A stretch of 63,809 nt of DNA from a bacterium. Lineage in GTDB: Bacteria; Patescibacteriota; Andersenbacteria; UBA10190. The notes under the pieces were generated by a model, which did no database searches, was not told the DNA's origin, and was given only the letters and a program-made list of their open reading frames with translations. The stretch spans positions 1 to 63,809 of the forward strand of contig JAQBWN010000001.1 of NCBI GenBank assembly GCA_027624555.1, read 5' to 3'. The position numbers and the translations under genes were made by a program. The stretch's first letter is position 1. The number at the start of each line of letters is the position of its first letter. Shown here in pieces: positions 35,288 to 45,489 of this stretch.

Positions 35288-35322
35288 CGCTTTCTGGACT
35301 TTTGGCTTTGTATACGGTATAG

Positions 35323-37320
35323 TTGGAAATCATGATAAAACGAAGATTTCCATCCAAGAATAATCGGAAAATTGTAGAAGTGCTACAAGAATTAAAGCTG
35401 TCTGAAGGAAAGCTGATGTTCATATTAAAAGAAGTTGGAGTTCGTATTGCGGAGGGGCAAAAAAACTTAGATCACTCAGAAATTTCACGTGTTCGAGGAT
35501 ACTTAAACGAACAAGAACGTCGAGCGCAACTGAAAGGGAAAACAATCGATTTACCGTCTATTGTACGGGTACAAGACTTAGCAATTAAGCTCGAATTGCC
35601 CATAGGTAACATACTTGCAACTCTGCTGAAAAACGGTGTGCTTGCGAACCTAAACGATGACTTAGACTATGATACGGCTGCAATTATTGCACAAGAACTT
35701 GGATATAAAACTACCGAAAGCGTTGAAGAGCTAGAAAAAGACGTATTAACGGCTGAAAAACTCAGCGAAATATTTAAAAAAGAAGACCCTGCAAAACAAA
35801 AACCACGCCCACCCGTTGTTACCATCATGGGTCACGTTGACCATGGTAAAACAACACTACTAGACACTATCCGCTCTGCAAACGTAGTGGCAGGAGAAGC
35901 TGGAGGTATTACGCAGGCCATTTCTAGCTACCAGGCAGACCATAAAGGGCGAACCGTTACGTTTATAGACACCCCTGGGCATGAAATATTCGACTTTATG
36001 CGCCAGAGAGGTGCATCGCTTGCCGATATCGTAGTACTTGTAGTTGCAGCAGACGACGGCGTGCGCCCACAAACGAAAGACGCTGCTGCATATGCGCAAA
36101 AAGAAGGCTTACCTATTGTTGTAGCCATTAATAAAGTAGATAAGCCAGATGCGAATATAGAACGCGCAAAGAAACAATTATCAGAAATAGACCTGCAACC
36201 AGAAGAATGGGGAGGAAAGACGGTCATGGTTGAAGTATCTGCATTAAAAAAAGAAGGTATAGACAATCTCTTAGAGATGATTTTATTAACTGCAGACTTA
36301 AAACATATTCAAGCAGATTACGATAGGCCGGCACTCGGAACTGTTATCGAGAGTAAGCTCGACAAGAACTTAGGGCCCGTTGCCACAGTCCTTGTACACA
36401 CAGGAACACTATTTGTGGGCAATGATGTAGTAGCCGGAAAGGCTTCTGGAAAAGTTAGGATTATTAAAGATTTCCACGGCAAGCACATCAAGAAAGCTTC
36501 TCCGTCTATGCCAATTAGTATTATAGGCTTAAAAGATATTCCACAGGCAGGAGATATATTGCAGGTAGTAGAGACACGTGGCGAAGCAGTATTTAAGGCT
36601 GCAGCCCGCAGGGCACCACTCAAGCGAATGTCAAAATCGGATGATCACGATGAGCGAAAAACACTGGCAATCGTCCTAAAAGCAGACTCCAAAGGTTCGC
36701 TAGAAGCGCTTGAGCAGACTATTGTAGCTATGGTCCCTCCGGAAGTTCGCCTCTCTATACTTCGTGCCGATGTAGGAACTATTTCAGACTCGGACGTTTT
36801 AACTGCCCGCGCAGGTGGAGCAATTATTTACGGATTTACCGTAAATGTGGCGGGAATGTCCCAGAAACTAGCAGACAAAGAGAAGGTACCCGTTCGAATT
36901 TTCAATATTATCTATCAATTGTCCGAAGACGTTCGCAAAGAAATTGAAGACAGACTTCCTATAGACATTGTTACGGAAGACATCGGGAGAGTAAAAGTAC
37001 TCAAAGTATTTTTCTCTACTCCAAAAAAGAAAATCATTGGTGGAGAAGTTGCGGAAGGAATAGTAGAGCCAATGGCAAAAATCATCATCAAACGAAAAGA
37101 TAAAAAGAAAAAAGATAGTGCGGCTGAAGTTATTGGCACAGGTGTTATTGTTGAATTACAAAAAGAGAAACGGCCACTTCAAAAAGCAGAAATTGGAGAC
37201 CAGGTTGGTATGACAATTGAAGGAAAGGATAAAATTAAAGAAGGGGATGTTCTGGAAATTCTTCGAGAGACAAAAGTAAGGAAGGGAAACTCTACAGCAG
37301 CAAATGCTAGTGCTGCTTAA
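35323..37320 (+). CDS. infB: Translation initiation factor IF-2
   Basis: 665 aa (TTG 35323; alternative ATG 35332). G domain VVTIMGHVDHGKTTLLD, DTPGH, NKVD. Confidence 0.95.
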   Translation: MEIMIKRRFPSKNNRKIVEVLQELKLSEGKLMFILKEVGVRIAEGQKNLDHSEISRVRGYLNEQERRAQLKGKTIDLPSIVRVQDLAIKLELPIGNILATLLKNGVLANLNDDLDYDTAAIIAQELGYKTTESVEELEKDVLTAEKLSEIFKKEDPAKQKPRPPVVTIMGHVDHGKTTLLDTIRSANVVAGEAGGITQAISSYQADHKGRTVTFIDTPGHEIFDFMRQRGASLADIVVLVVAADDGVRPQTKDAAAYAQKEGLPIVVAINKVDKPDANIERAKKQLSEIDLQPEEWGGKTVMVEVSALKKEGIDNLLEMILLTADLKHIQADYDRPALGTVIESKLDKNLGPVATVLVHTGTLFVGNDVVAGKASGKVRIIKDFHGKHIKKASPSMPISIIGLKDIPQAGDILQVVETRGEAVFKAAARRAPLKRMSKSDDHDERKTLAIVLKADSKGSLEALEQTIVAMVPPEVRLSILRADVGTISDSDVLTARAGGAIIYGFTVNVAGMSQKLADKEKVPVRIFNIIYQLSEDVRKEIEDRLPIDIVTEDIGRVKVLKVFFSTPKKKIIGGEVAEGIVEPMAKIIIKRKDKKKKDSAAEVIGTGVIVELQKEKRPLQKAEIGDQVGMTIEGKDKIKEGDVLEILRETKVRKGNSTAANASAA

Positions 37321-37339
37321 ATTCCATTGAACAACTTTT

Positions 37340-37687
37340 GTGACCAATAGAATTTCAAAAATAAATAAACACCTTCTTCGAACTGTTGGAGAAATTTTAC
37401 TCAAGGAAGCAGACTTACCAAAGGATGCGCTTGTTACCATATCAAAAGTAGAAACCACACCAAACTTACGGTTTAGCGATATATGGCTATATATACACCC
37501 TTCTGCACAGGCGGAAGAAGTACTCGAACAATTAACGCCCCAGATGTATGATATTCAAGGATCATTAAATCGCTCTCTGCAGCTACGTCCACTGCCTCGC
37601 ATTCGTTTCCGATACGACAAAGGCGCAGATTACGCACATACCATTAATAAAAAACTCGATGAACTCAAAACAGAATCCGGCATATAA
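37340..37687 (+). CDS. rbfA: Ribosome-binding factor A
   Basis: 115 aa, directly after infB. Pattern RISKINKHLLRTVGEIL...VTISKVETTPNLRFSDIW. Confidence 0.8.
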   Translation: MTNRISKINKHLLRTVGEILLKEADLPKDALVTISKVETTPNLRFSDIWLYIHPSAQAEEVLEQLTPQMYDIQGSLNRSLQLRPLPRIRFRYDKGADYAHTINKKLDELKTESGI

Positions 37688-38663
37688 ACTTCTTCTTCCG
37701 TATAAAGAAACAGTTCAACAGATAGTTGAAACGCTTAATACCGCAAAAAATGTATTAATAGGGACACATGAGCACCCAGATGGGGATGCCTTAGGGTCAT
37801 CTCTTGCTATGCTTCACGCTCTGGAATCAAAGGGGATTACTGCGACAGTGTACATTCCAGATCCTGCAGCAGATTTTTTTCAATTTATCCCTGGATTTGA
37901 ACGCCTTACAACCGTAAGGCCAAATGTAGACGATTTTGATACGGTTATATTGCTTGATTACACCCAACTATACAGAACTCATCTAGAGCAAGAAGTTATA
38001 GGAAAACCTCGAGTTATCAGCATAGATCATCACTACGACAACACAAAACAAGCTGCCATTAACCTCATTGTCCCCGAAGCTGCTGCAACTGCTCATATTA
38101 TATTTCCGTTATTATTTGCACTAGACATTGCTGTAACTGCCAATATAGCCAACTGCTTGCTTACAGGCATTTTTACGGATACCGGATCATTTATGCACGA
38201 TAGTGTTACACCTGAAATTTTGCAGATTTCCTCCTATTTAATGCAAAAAGGAGCCAGGCTTTCACATATTGCCCACGAAACATACCAAAAAAAGGAGCTT
38301 TCAGGGTTACAAATTTGGGGAAGGGCTCTTTCTCGAATACTTATCAGCGAGAAAACGGGAGTAGCAGTATCAATTATCACAAAAGATGACCTTGATGAAT
38401 GCATGGCCACGCTCGACGACTTATCAGGGGTAGTAAGCATGTTGAACGCACTTCCAGATACGTCGTATGCGATGCTTCTCGTTGAGCATGAATACGGAAA
38501 AATAAAGGGAAGTCTTAGATCTGAGCCTCAAAAAGGCGTAGATGTAAGCAAAATTGCAAAACGTCTGGGTGGTGGAGGCCATAAATTAGCATCTGGCTTT
38601 GAAATTTCTGGCCATATTATTCAAAAAAATGGTATCTGGTACGTAGAACCGGTGGTACAATAA
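37659..38663 (+). CDS. nrnA: DHH/DHHA1 phosphoesterase (NrnA-like oligoribonuclease / pAp phosphatase)
   Basis: 334 aa. HEHPDGDALGS, IDHH, DTGSF, GGGGHKLASG motifs. Confidence 0.85.
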   Translation: MNSKQNPAYKLLLPYKETVQQIVETLNTAKNVLIGTHEHPDGDALGSSLAMLHALESKGITATVYIPDPAADFFQFIPGFERLTTVRPNVDDFDTVILLDYTQLYRTHLEQEVIGKPRVISIDHHYDNTKQAAINLIVPEAAATAHIIFPLLFALDIAVTANIANCLLTGIFTDTGSFMHDSVTPEILQISSYLMQKGARLSHIAHETYQKKELSGLQIWGRALSRILISEKTGVAVSIITKDDLDECMATLDDLSGVVSMLNALPDTSYAMLLVEHEYGKIKGSLRSEPQKGVDVSKIAKRLGGGGHKLASGFEISGHIIQKNGIWYVEPVVQ

Positions 38664-38670
38664 GCTTCCT

Positions 38671-39468
38671 ATGAAATTTTTAATTTTTGGAGACGTAGTT
38701 GGAACACTCGGGAGGAAAGCAATCACAAAAGTATTGCCAGCATTGCGCGAGGAATATGCTCCTGATGCCGTAATCGTAAATATTGAAAACATGGCTCACG
38801 GCAAAGGTATTTCTCCGGATACTATGAAAGAGGCCCTCAAGTGGAATGTATTCGCGTTTACCACTGGTGACCATGCATGGGATAACGCTCTTGGCGTAGA
38901 CATACTAAACAGTTCCAGTGTTCCAATTGTTCGCCCAGCAAATTATCCGGCAGGAGTTCCGGGAAAGGGCTATAAAGTTTTACAACTAGGTGCATACGAG
39001 GTTGCGATTATCAATTTACAGGGTCAAGTCTTCTTCAAAAATCAACCTAATAATCCATTCTTAGCATTAGATGAAATACTGAAGGAACCCGAAGTACAGA
39101 GAGCATCTATCAAGCTTCTTGATTTTCATGCGGAAACAACGAGCGAAAAGCGTGGAATGGGCTGGCACGCAGACGGAAGAATTTCTGCACTATGGGGCAC
39201 CCACACTCATGTGCCAACTGCCGATACACAAATACTCCCAAAAGGGACGGGGTATATCACCGATGTAGGCATGAATGGAGCATACGAATCTATAATCGGA
39301 ATGGATAAACGAGCACCGATAAAACAATTCTTAACTCAATTGCGTGCAAAAATGGAACCTCCTGAATACGGCCCAATGGAAGTTGGAGCACTCTTTATTG
39401 AAGTAGACCCTACAACAGGAAACACAACATCTATTGCACAAATCCGACGTATCCTGCAGAATGACTAA
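38671..39468 (+). CDS. YmdB-like metallophosphoesterase (2',3'-cyclic-nucleotide phosphodiesterase family)
   Basis: 265 aa. MKFLIFGDVVG, NIENMAHGKG, DFHAETTSEK, GTHTHVPTAD. Confidence 0.85.
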   Translation: MKFLIFGDVVGTLGRKAITKVLPALREEYAPDAVIVNIENMAHGKGISPDTMKEALKWNVFAFTTGDHAWDNALGVDILNSSSVPIVRPANYPAGVPGKGYKVLQLGAYEVAIINLQGQVFFKNQPNNPFLALDEILKEPEVQRASIKLLDFHAETTSEKRGMGWHADGRISALWGTHTHVPTADTQILPKGTGYITDVGMNGAYESIIGMDKRAPIKQFLTQLRAKMEPPEYGPMEVGALFIEVDPTTGNTTSIAQIRRILQND

Positions 39469-39773
39469 TGTCGCTCACTAAAGCCACAATCCTTATGCTC
39501 AATAAACAAAGCCTCATCGATAAAGTATCAGACGTTACAAGAATGCCCCGCAAACACGTGGAGTTAGTGATTAGCTCATTTCTTGAAACTATTTTAGATA
39601 AACTTTCTCAAGATGAAAAGATTAATCTTTCTGGGTTCGGCATTTTTGAAGTGCGAGAGCGAAAAGGGCGCAGGGGAGTAAATCCAAGAGACCCAAACAT
39701 GCCAATGCAAATTCCTACGGTACGAGTAGCAAAATTCCGCCCAGGTAAAACGTTGAAAGAGGCGGTAAAGTAG
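39468..39773 (+). CDS. hup: DNA-binding protein HU
   Basis: 101 aa. ...GFGIFEVRERKGRRGVNPRDP...IPTVRVAKFRPGKTLKEAV. TAATG overlap with the upstream gene. Confidence 0.9.
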   Translation: MSLTKATILMLNKQSLIDKVSDVTRMPRKHVELVISSFLETILDKLSQDEKINLSGFGIFEVRERKGRRGVNPRDPNMPMQIPTVRVAKFRPGKTLKEAVK

Positions 39774-39795
39774 TATATCTTTCAACCAAATATAC

Positions 39796-39869
39796 GCGGG
39801 TGTCGTATAGTGGTAATACTTCAGATTTCCAATCTGATGATAGGAGTTCGATTCTCCTCACCCGCTCCA
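39796..39869 (+). tRNA. tRNA-Gly(UCC), CCA encoded
   Basis: gcgggtg-tc-gtat-agtggta-atac-t-tcaga-ttTCCaa-tctga-tgat-aggag-ttcgatt-ctcct-cacccgc-t-cca. Confidence 0.9.
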
Positions 39870-39940
39870 CGGGGCGTCGTATACCGGTAGTACATATGCT
39901 TTGGGAGCATATTGACTGGGTTCAATTCCCAGCGCCCCGA
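39870..39940 (+). tRNA. tRNA-Pro(UGG)
   Basis: Begins immediately after the CCA of tRNA-Gly. cggggcg-tc-gtat-accggta-gtac-a-tatgc-ttTGGga-gcata-ttga-ctggg-ttcaatt-cccag-cgccccg-a. C1:G72 and G37 are typical of bacterial tRNA-Pro. Confidence 0.85.
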
Positions 39941-39965
39941 CAACAATACATGCTATAATAAAAAA

Positions 39966-40340
39966 ATGAATTACGGTCGTTATAAATGGTCACATCTGTT
40001 TTTAAGCGCGGGCTTGGGGGCAGTATTTCTCTGGATAGGGGTAGACATGCTCAGGCACCAGGATGCATGGATCGGCTATCTTCCTGCAAACATACCACTT
40101 GGATTAAGTAGAGATACTGCGCTTAAACTCAACGGAATGTTTGATATCGCAATCGGTGCGTTATTAATCCTACGGTGGTGGCCCAAAATTACTGCATTCC
40201 TGGCCGCTGTTCATCTGATTGGTATTTTAGCAAGCCAAGGAATAGATGCTGTTATTATTCGCGATGTAGGGCTCCTAGGAGCTTCTCTCGCGCTTCTTAC
40301 GTGGCCCAAGCGTCACCGAAGAAGCCACGATGCCTCTTAA
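39966..40340 (+). CDS. Hypothetical membrane protein (DoxX-like topology)
   Basis: 124 aa from ATG 39966, 4 TM helices. The track ORF start (39912) lies inside tRNA-Pro. Confidence 0.5.
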   Translation: MNYGRYKWSHLFLSAGLGAVFLWIGVDMLRHQDAWIGYLPANIPLGLSRDTALKLNGMFDIAIGALLILRWWPKITAFLAAVHLIGILASQGIDAVIIRDVGLLGASLALLTWPKRHRRSHDAS

Positions 40341-41464
40341 TACATTCCAACAGGATTGATCGGCCTTCCACCCCGACGTACTTCAAAGTGAAGATGTGGC
40401 CCAGTAGATCGTCCCGTTGATCCCATTTTTCCAATTGCTGCTCCCTTAGAAACCTTTTGACCTGCGGCAACATAAAACTTATCCAAGTGCGCATAGTATG
40501 TAGTAAGCCCGCCTCCATGGTTCACGATAATAAGATTACCGTATCCACCAAGCCACCCGGTAAACTCAACCGTTCCACTTTGAGCAGCAAATATAGGTGG
40601 GCGAGATCGGTTAGGAATATCAATACCCGTATGACCACCTCGATAACCCTGGGATAGTTGCCTTGTAGTAGTAGGCCAAACAAGCCCTTTGCCTGACTTA
40701 CCCGTATCCGCAGGAGGAGGCGTTGGCTCATCCTTATCACTATCTCGAGCTGTACGCGTATTTTGAGATACTGTTCTCGGAGCTTCTCTAGGGGCTATGT
40801 ACCCCTCAGGAATTATGAGTTTTTGACCGATAGAAAGCGCCGCATTTTCTCCAAGGTTATTATACGCAATAATTTCAGATGCCTTTGCATTATACTCACC
40901 CGCAATTTCAAGCACAGTTTCTCCGCTTGCTACTTTATGCAACACACCCGTTGTAGGCAATATTGTAAGATGATCACCAACCTTAATAACATCATTTCCA
41001 CTCAAACCGTTTGTCCAGAGAATTGTGTTCGTTGAAATACCAAACTTTGAAGCAATACCTGCGATAGTTTCTCCATCTTCTACGGTGTGGATAAATGGCT
41101 TTGATGCAACGTTAATAACAGGACCCTTCTGCCTTTCTGTATCGCTACCATCAGAGAGAACAGGCTGTAGGGGGGCCACAACGGCATTACCCTCCAGTGT
41201 TTGAGCAAACTGGACTTCAGCGTCATCAAATGTAATAAAATTGGCATCACTTGCCTCAACTACAGCAATGCGGCTCCCACCCGTACCAGGTGAATCTGTC
41301 TTCGCATACGCAGATGGGTCTAATGGACCTTCGGATATTTCCTCGCCCGATAAATATGCATGCAATAGCGAGCTTTGGTGAGAGGAAGAAGCCATGCGCC
41401 CTTGGGCAGCTATGGCAACCATCAAACCAAAAAATACTATGTGGACGGCTAACTTTTTCGTCAA
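40337..41464 (-). CDS. Secreted LysM-repeat M23 metallopeptidase
   Basis: 375 aa (TTG start gives signal peptide MTKKLAVHIVFFGLMVAIAA). Two LysM repeats (HTVEDGETIAGIASKFG..., HKVASGETVLEIAGEYN...). M23 motifs HTGIDI and GSTGRSTGPHLHFEV. Confidence 0.9.
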   Translation of the reverse strand: MTKKLAVHIVFFGLMVAIAAQGRMASSSHQSSLLHAYLSGEEISEGPLDPSAYAKTDSPGTGGSRIAVVEASDANFITFDDAEVQFAQTLEGNAVVAPLQPVLSDGSDTERQKGPVINVASKPFIHTVEDGETIAGIASKFGISTNTILWTNGLSGNDVIKVGDHLTILPTTGVLHKVASGETVLEIAGEYNAKASEIIAYNNLGENAALSIGQKLIIPEGYIAPREAPRTVSQNTRTARDSDKDEPTPPPADTGKSGKGLVWPTTTRQLSQGYRGGHTGIDIPNRSRPPIFAAQSGTVEFTGWLGGYGNLIIVNHGGGLTTYYAHLDKFYVAAGQKVSKGAAIGKMGSTGRSTGPHLHFEVRRGGRPINPVGMY

Positions 41465-41622
41465 TTGTCGCTTTTGTAAAATACCTTACTCCTTTTTTAG
41501 GGGCTTAAGGTTTGTTTTGCATGTTTATATGAGCTTTGTCAGAACCTACTGACACATAAATAGGAATTGTAGGGTAGTTGCAGGTATAGTCAAGCTTGAC
41601 ATTTTTAGGGTACAATGCCTCC

Positions 41623-43710
41623 ATGTCTAATGCCCTTACTGGTCTAAATGAGCAACAGCAGCAGGTTGTGCTCTCTACTCATGGGCCAGTTCTTGTACTT
41701 GCAGGGGCTGGTTCAGGCAAAACACGGGCCTTAACCCATCGTATTGCCCACTTCATAGAACAGCGTATTGCCACACCAGACCAGATACTAGCAGTTACGT
41801 TTACAAATAAAGCAGCTGCCGAAATGAGGCATCGTATCGGCCAGTTACTGGGCTCTTCATTTGCTTTACCTCGCAGCGTAAGCACATTTCATAGTCTGGG
41901 TGTAAAAATACTACGAGAACAATCTCATTTCCACAATCGTAGCCAAGGCTTTTCCATATTGGACTCAAAAGACTCCGAAAAGCTTGTTCGTAAAGCATTA
42001 AAAGATGCAAATTATTCGCTCAAGGAATGGAGCCCGAGCGCTGTTAAAAACATGATATCTCGTATTAAGCATGAGCAAGTAGACAACGTACTCAGTGGAT
42101 CCCCTGAAAATCCGCGAGAAGAAGTGCTTTTTGCTATTTTCCCCGTGTATGAAAAAATGCTTGCAGAGCATAATGCATACGATTTTGACGATTTATTGCG
42201 TATTCCGTTACATATTTTACGCTCACAGCCCACTGTGCGGTCACTATACCAAGCCAGGTGGCGATTCATCTCGGTAGACGAGTACCAAGATACGAACCCC
42301 ATGCAAGAAGAAATTATCTCCCACCTCATGAGTCAGGAGCAGAATATTTGCGTAGTAGGAGACGATTACCAATCTATTTACTCTTGGAGAGGTGCAAGTG
42401 TTGACCATATTCTCCAGTTTGAACAACGCCACATAGGATGCACCACAATTTTCCTCACTCAAAATTATCGCTCTACTCCGAACATTCTCGATGCCGCTAA
42501 CAATGTCATTGCGCTTAATGTAGACCAAAAACATAAGACGCTTTGGACAACTCAGGAAAGCGGAAGCGAGGTAAAAACCATGCGATTACCGTCAGATAGA
42601 GGAGAAGCGGAGTGGGTATGCAGTCAAATACGGGACCATGTACGTGATGGCGGAAAGCTTTCCGATTGTGCTGTTTTATATAGGACCAATGCACAGTCCC
42701 GCCTCATGGAAGAACAATTCCTTATGCACCGCATGCCCTACACCATAGTGGGGGGATTTCGATTCTACGACCGCAAAGAAATTAAGGACGCTTTAGCCAT
42801 ATTATCGTTCTATCTTTCTCCGTCCTCAAGAATCCACTTTGAACGAATCGCGGATGCACTCCTTACGCGCGTGGGGCCAAAAACCATCGATAAATGGGAC
42901 AACATAGCAAGAGAGCAGGGTATCTCGCTCGGACTGTATTTGTCTACAACCGAGCAACGAGCAGATCTGCGGGCAATTTTTAGTGCATATCGCGAGGCAA
43001 AGAGAAGCGAACATGAAAAAGTGTCAGACTTACTTCGTCTCCTTGTCACAAAAACAGGATATTTAGCATCCCTGGAAAATCTCCCGGACGGCAAAGAGCG
43101 AACAGAAAATATAAACGAACTTTTCAACGTAGCAGCCGCATACACAACAACTGAGGCATTTTTAGAAGACACCGCGCTGCTTTCTGACATCGATACGTTT
43201 GATAGAACGGATAGTCGAGTAACCTGCATGACGCTTCACGCCTCTAAAGGACTGGAATACCCAGTTGTGTTTATTATAGGGTGTGAAGAAGGCCTTTTAC
43301 CTCACGAAAACAGCCTTTCTTCATCTGCAAGCATTGAGGAAGAACGACGTCTTATGTACGTTGGAATGACGCGAGCAAGGGAACAATTAACCATCACGCA
43401 TGCGGCATATAGATTTAGGGGAGGGGAAATGACACCGCAGGCACCCTCTCGGTTCCTTGAACAACTTCCGCAAAGCACCGAAGGCTACAAAGAGAACACA
43501 TATAATACTCAGGAAAATTATTCAGACGATATTACCGATTTTTTACATGAAGAACCAACGCTCGTTCAACCAACTTCCGGATCGTACGTTACTCATCCAC
43601 AATTTGGGCGGGGAGTTATTATTGGTGCTTCCGGCGAAACAATTACGTGTGTGTTTGAAGGTCATGGGGTAAAAAATGTGGCGGTAAACTCCTGTTCGGT
43701 ACCAGCATGA
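41623..43710 (+). CDS. uvrD: ATP-dependent DNA helicase, UvrD/PcrA family
   Basis: 695 aa from ATG 41623. LNEQQQQVV, AGAGSGKT, VDEYQDTN, QNYRST, TLHASKGLEYPVVF, RRLMYVGMTRA. Confidence 0.93.
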   Translation: MSNALTGLNEQQQQVVLSTHGPVLVLAGAGSGKTRALTHRIAHFIEQRIATPDQILAVTFTNKAAAEMRHRIGQLLGSSFALPRSVSTFHSLGVKILREQSHFHNRSQGFSILDSKDSEKLVRKALKDANYSLKEWSPSAVKNMISRIKHEQVDNVLSGSPENPREEVLFAIFPVYEKMLAEHNAYDFDDLLRIPLHILRSQPTVRSLYQARWRFISVDEYQDTNPMQEEIISHLMSQEQNICVVGDDYQSIYSWRGASVDHILQFEQRHIGCTTIFLTQNYRSTPNILDAANNVIALNVDQKHKTLWTTQESGSEVKTMRLPSDRGEAEWVCSQIRDHVRDGGKLSDCAVLYRTNAQSRLMEEQFLMHRMPYTIVGGFRFYDRKEIKDALAILSFYLSPSSRIHFERIADALLTRVGPKTIDKWDNIAREQGISLGLYLSTTEQRADLRAIFSAYREAKRSEHEKVSDLLRLLVTKTGYLASLENLPDGKERTENINELFNVAAAYTTTEAFLEDTALLSDIDTFDRTDSRVTCMTLHASKGLEYPVVFIIGCEEGLLPHENSLSSSASIEEERRLMYVGMTRAREQLTITHAAYRFRGGEMTPQAPSRFLEQLPQSTEGYKENTYNTQENYSDDITDFLHEEPTLVQPTSGSYVTHPQFGRGVIIGASGETITCVFEGHGVKNVAVNSCSVPA

Positions 43711-44558
43711 TCCAGCCACTTACAAATCCAGACGTACTAAAAAGCGTTCTTGCTTCACATCAATTGCGAGCTGCAAAATCTATGGGCCAAAACTTTCTTA
43801 TCTGTGGAGAAGTTATAGATGCGGTATTAATGGGGCTATCTATTGGTCCCAAACATATTACAGAACTCGGACCGGGGCTCGGAACTCTAACACAAGGGCT
43901 GATAGGCTCTGGATACATTGTTAGGGGCATTGAAAAAGATGATGATTTTGTGCGCGTTCTACCAAAAATGGTTCCTCCTGCGTTCCGAAAAAATCTTACG
44001 GTAATTCATGGGGATTTATTGGAAGAAGACTGGCATTGGCCCTCGCAGGGCAGCGCGTCGGGTCAGGCTTATAGTCTCATCGGCAACATCCCTTATAACA
44101 TTTCAGGACTTATTATACGTCGCTTAACAAACATACAAGCAGTTCCTTCATTAGTCATATTATTAATGCAAAAAGAAGTTGCCGAAAGAATAGTTTATAC
44201 CGAAAATTCCATGAGTTTGCCCGGTCTTTCTGTTGGCTTGTGGGGCAATGCGGAATTGCTTTTACAAGTTCCTCCTTCATGCTTCATACCAGAGCCAGCC
44301 GTCAATTCTGCACTTATCCAAATACGCCCAAACGCGGATATGCTCTCGCTAGAGAAACGAGAAAAAATAATTGCATGTGCAAAACCCTTTTTTCAAGCCA
44401 AACGAAAACAAATCGCACATACATTGAAAAATTTCTATAGTAAAAATGCAAAAGAAATAGAATTTATTGCAAATAAACTCTCTATTTCACCATCTGCGCG
44501 CCCAGAAAACCTTTCCGTAGAAACCTGGACTGCCTTGTGTGATATACTGACCTTATGA
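43707..44558 (+). CDS. rsmA: 16S rRNA (adenine1518/1519-N6)-dimethyltransferase
   Basis: 283 aa. MGQNFL..., ELGPGLGTLT, GNIPYNIS. ATGA overlap with uvrD. Confidence 0.9.
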   Translation: MIQPLTNPDVLKSVLASHQLRAAKSMGQNFLICGEVIDAVLMGLSIGPKHITELGPGLGTLTQGLIGSGYIVRGIEKDDDFVRVLPKMVPPAFRKNLTVIHGDLLEEDWHWPSQGSASGQAYSLIGNIPYNISGLIIRRLTNIQAVPSLVILLMQKEVAERIVYTENSMSLPGLSVGLWGNAELLLQVPPSCFIPEPAVNSALIQIRPNADMLSLEKREKIIACAKPFFQAKRKQIAHTLKNFYSKNAKEIEFIANKLSISPSARPENLSVETWTALCDILTL

Positions 44559-45484
44559 CCCGCCGCGTCGTAATCGGCATTCTTATTATTCTTATACTTG
44601 GCGTCCTTGGAGGCATCGTCGCTCTTAGTATTTTTTGGCTGCAAACTCCCACGGAAGACATTGTAACAACGCCTACAATAATTCCCATCACTGACCCTAC
44701 AGCAGACTCAGACAATGATGGGCTTTCAAATGCAGATGAAAGAGTGTGGGGTACAGATCCGGCTGACGAAGACACTGATAAAGACGGGTATATAGACGGG
44801 GTAGAGGTACAAAAGGGCCATAACCCAACTATTGCCAGCCCAAACGACAAATTACCCCCCGGCTTTGCTCCTGGACAGAACGTAGCCCCCCTAGATCCGT
44901 CATCACCTTCAGTAACATCATTTGATTCATACTTTTCTGAATCGGTAGATGTGACGGGTGGAAGCAAGAATTTAACAGAAGAATATGCTCGCACGGTTCC
45001 AGATAACGACAAATCGGCTGTTACATTAAATGCGTTCGTTGCCATCCAGCCCATTAATACCGCACTTCCGGTTCTCGATGAAAGTCGGATTTCTATAACA
45101 CAAGATAGCTCGCCCGTAATCATTTCTCAATATTTAAATACAGCCGCAAATATAGAATCGATAGCAGATAAAGCTCGTATGACTATTGCACTTAATGATT
45201 TTTTTAAAAGTAAAAATGCATATGGTTTTACAACGCTTGCGGAAGCAATAAAAGCATCTCAATCCAGAATTATTGGGCTTTCAGTCCCTCAAGAGGCACT
45301 TGAATATCAAAAATTGCTTATTGGCTATACGGAGCTACTTTCAGGTACTTTAAACCAAATTGGCGCATACAAAGATGACCAACTAAAAGCACTTGTCGCG
45401 CTTCGTCAACTAGACGCTATAGATAGATTATATTTTCCCATTATTAGCAGGGAGCGTGAACGCCTCGCTGGCTTTTTAGAATAA
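44555..45484 (+). CDS. Membrane-anchored extracellular protein with thrombospondin type-3-like Ca-binding repeats (T4SS-like cluster)
   Basis: 309 aa. N-terminal TM, DSDNDGLSNADE...DTDKDGYIDG repeats. The C-terminal helical region is paralogous to the next ORF. ATGA overlap with rsmA. Confidence 0.55.
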   Translation: MTRRVVIGILIILILGVLGGIVALSIFWLQTPTEDIVTTPTIIPITDPTADSDNDGLSNADERVWGTDPADEDTDKDGYIDGVEVQKGHNPTIASPNDKLPPGFAPGQNVAPLDPSSPSVTSFDSYFSESVDVTGGSKNLTEEYARTVPDNDKSAVTLNAFVAIQPINTALPVLDESRISITQDSSPVIISQYLNTAANIESIADKARMTIALNDFFKSKNAYGFTTLAEAIKASQSRIIGLSVPQEALEYQKLLIGYTELLSGTLNQIGAYKDDQLKALVALRQLDAIDRLYFPIISRERERLAGFLE

Positions 45485-45489
45485 ACACT

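Noticed and set aside
41596-41616. ttgaca ... tacaat upstream of uvrD as a promoter.
   Set aside because: The spacer between the two hexamers is only 9 nt, which is incompatible with a sigma70-type promoter. The ttgaca is merely the TTG that begins the over-extended track ORF.
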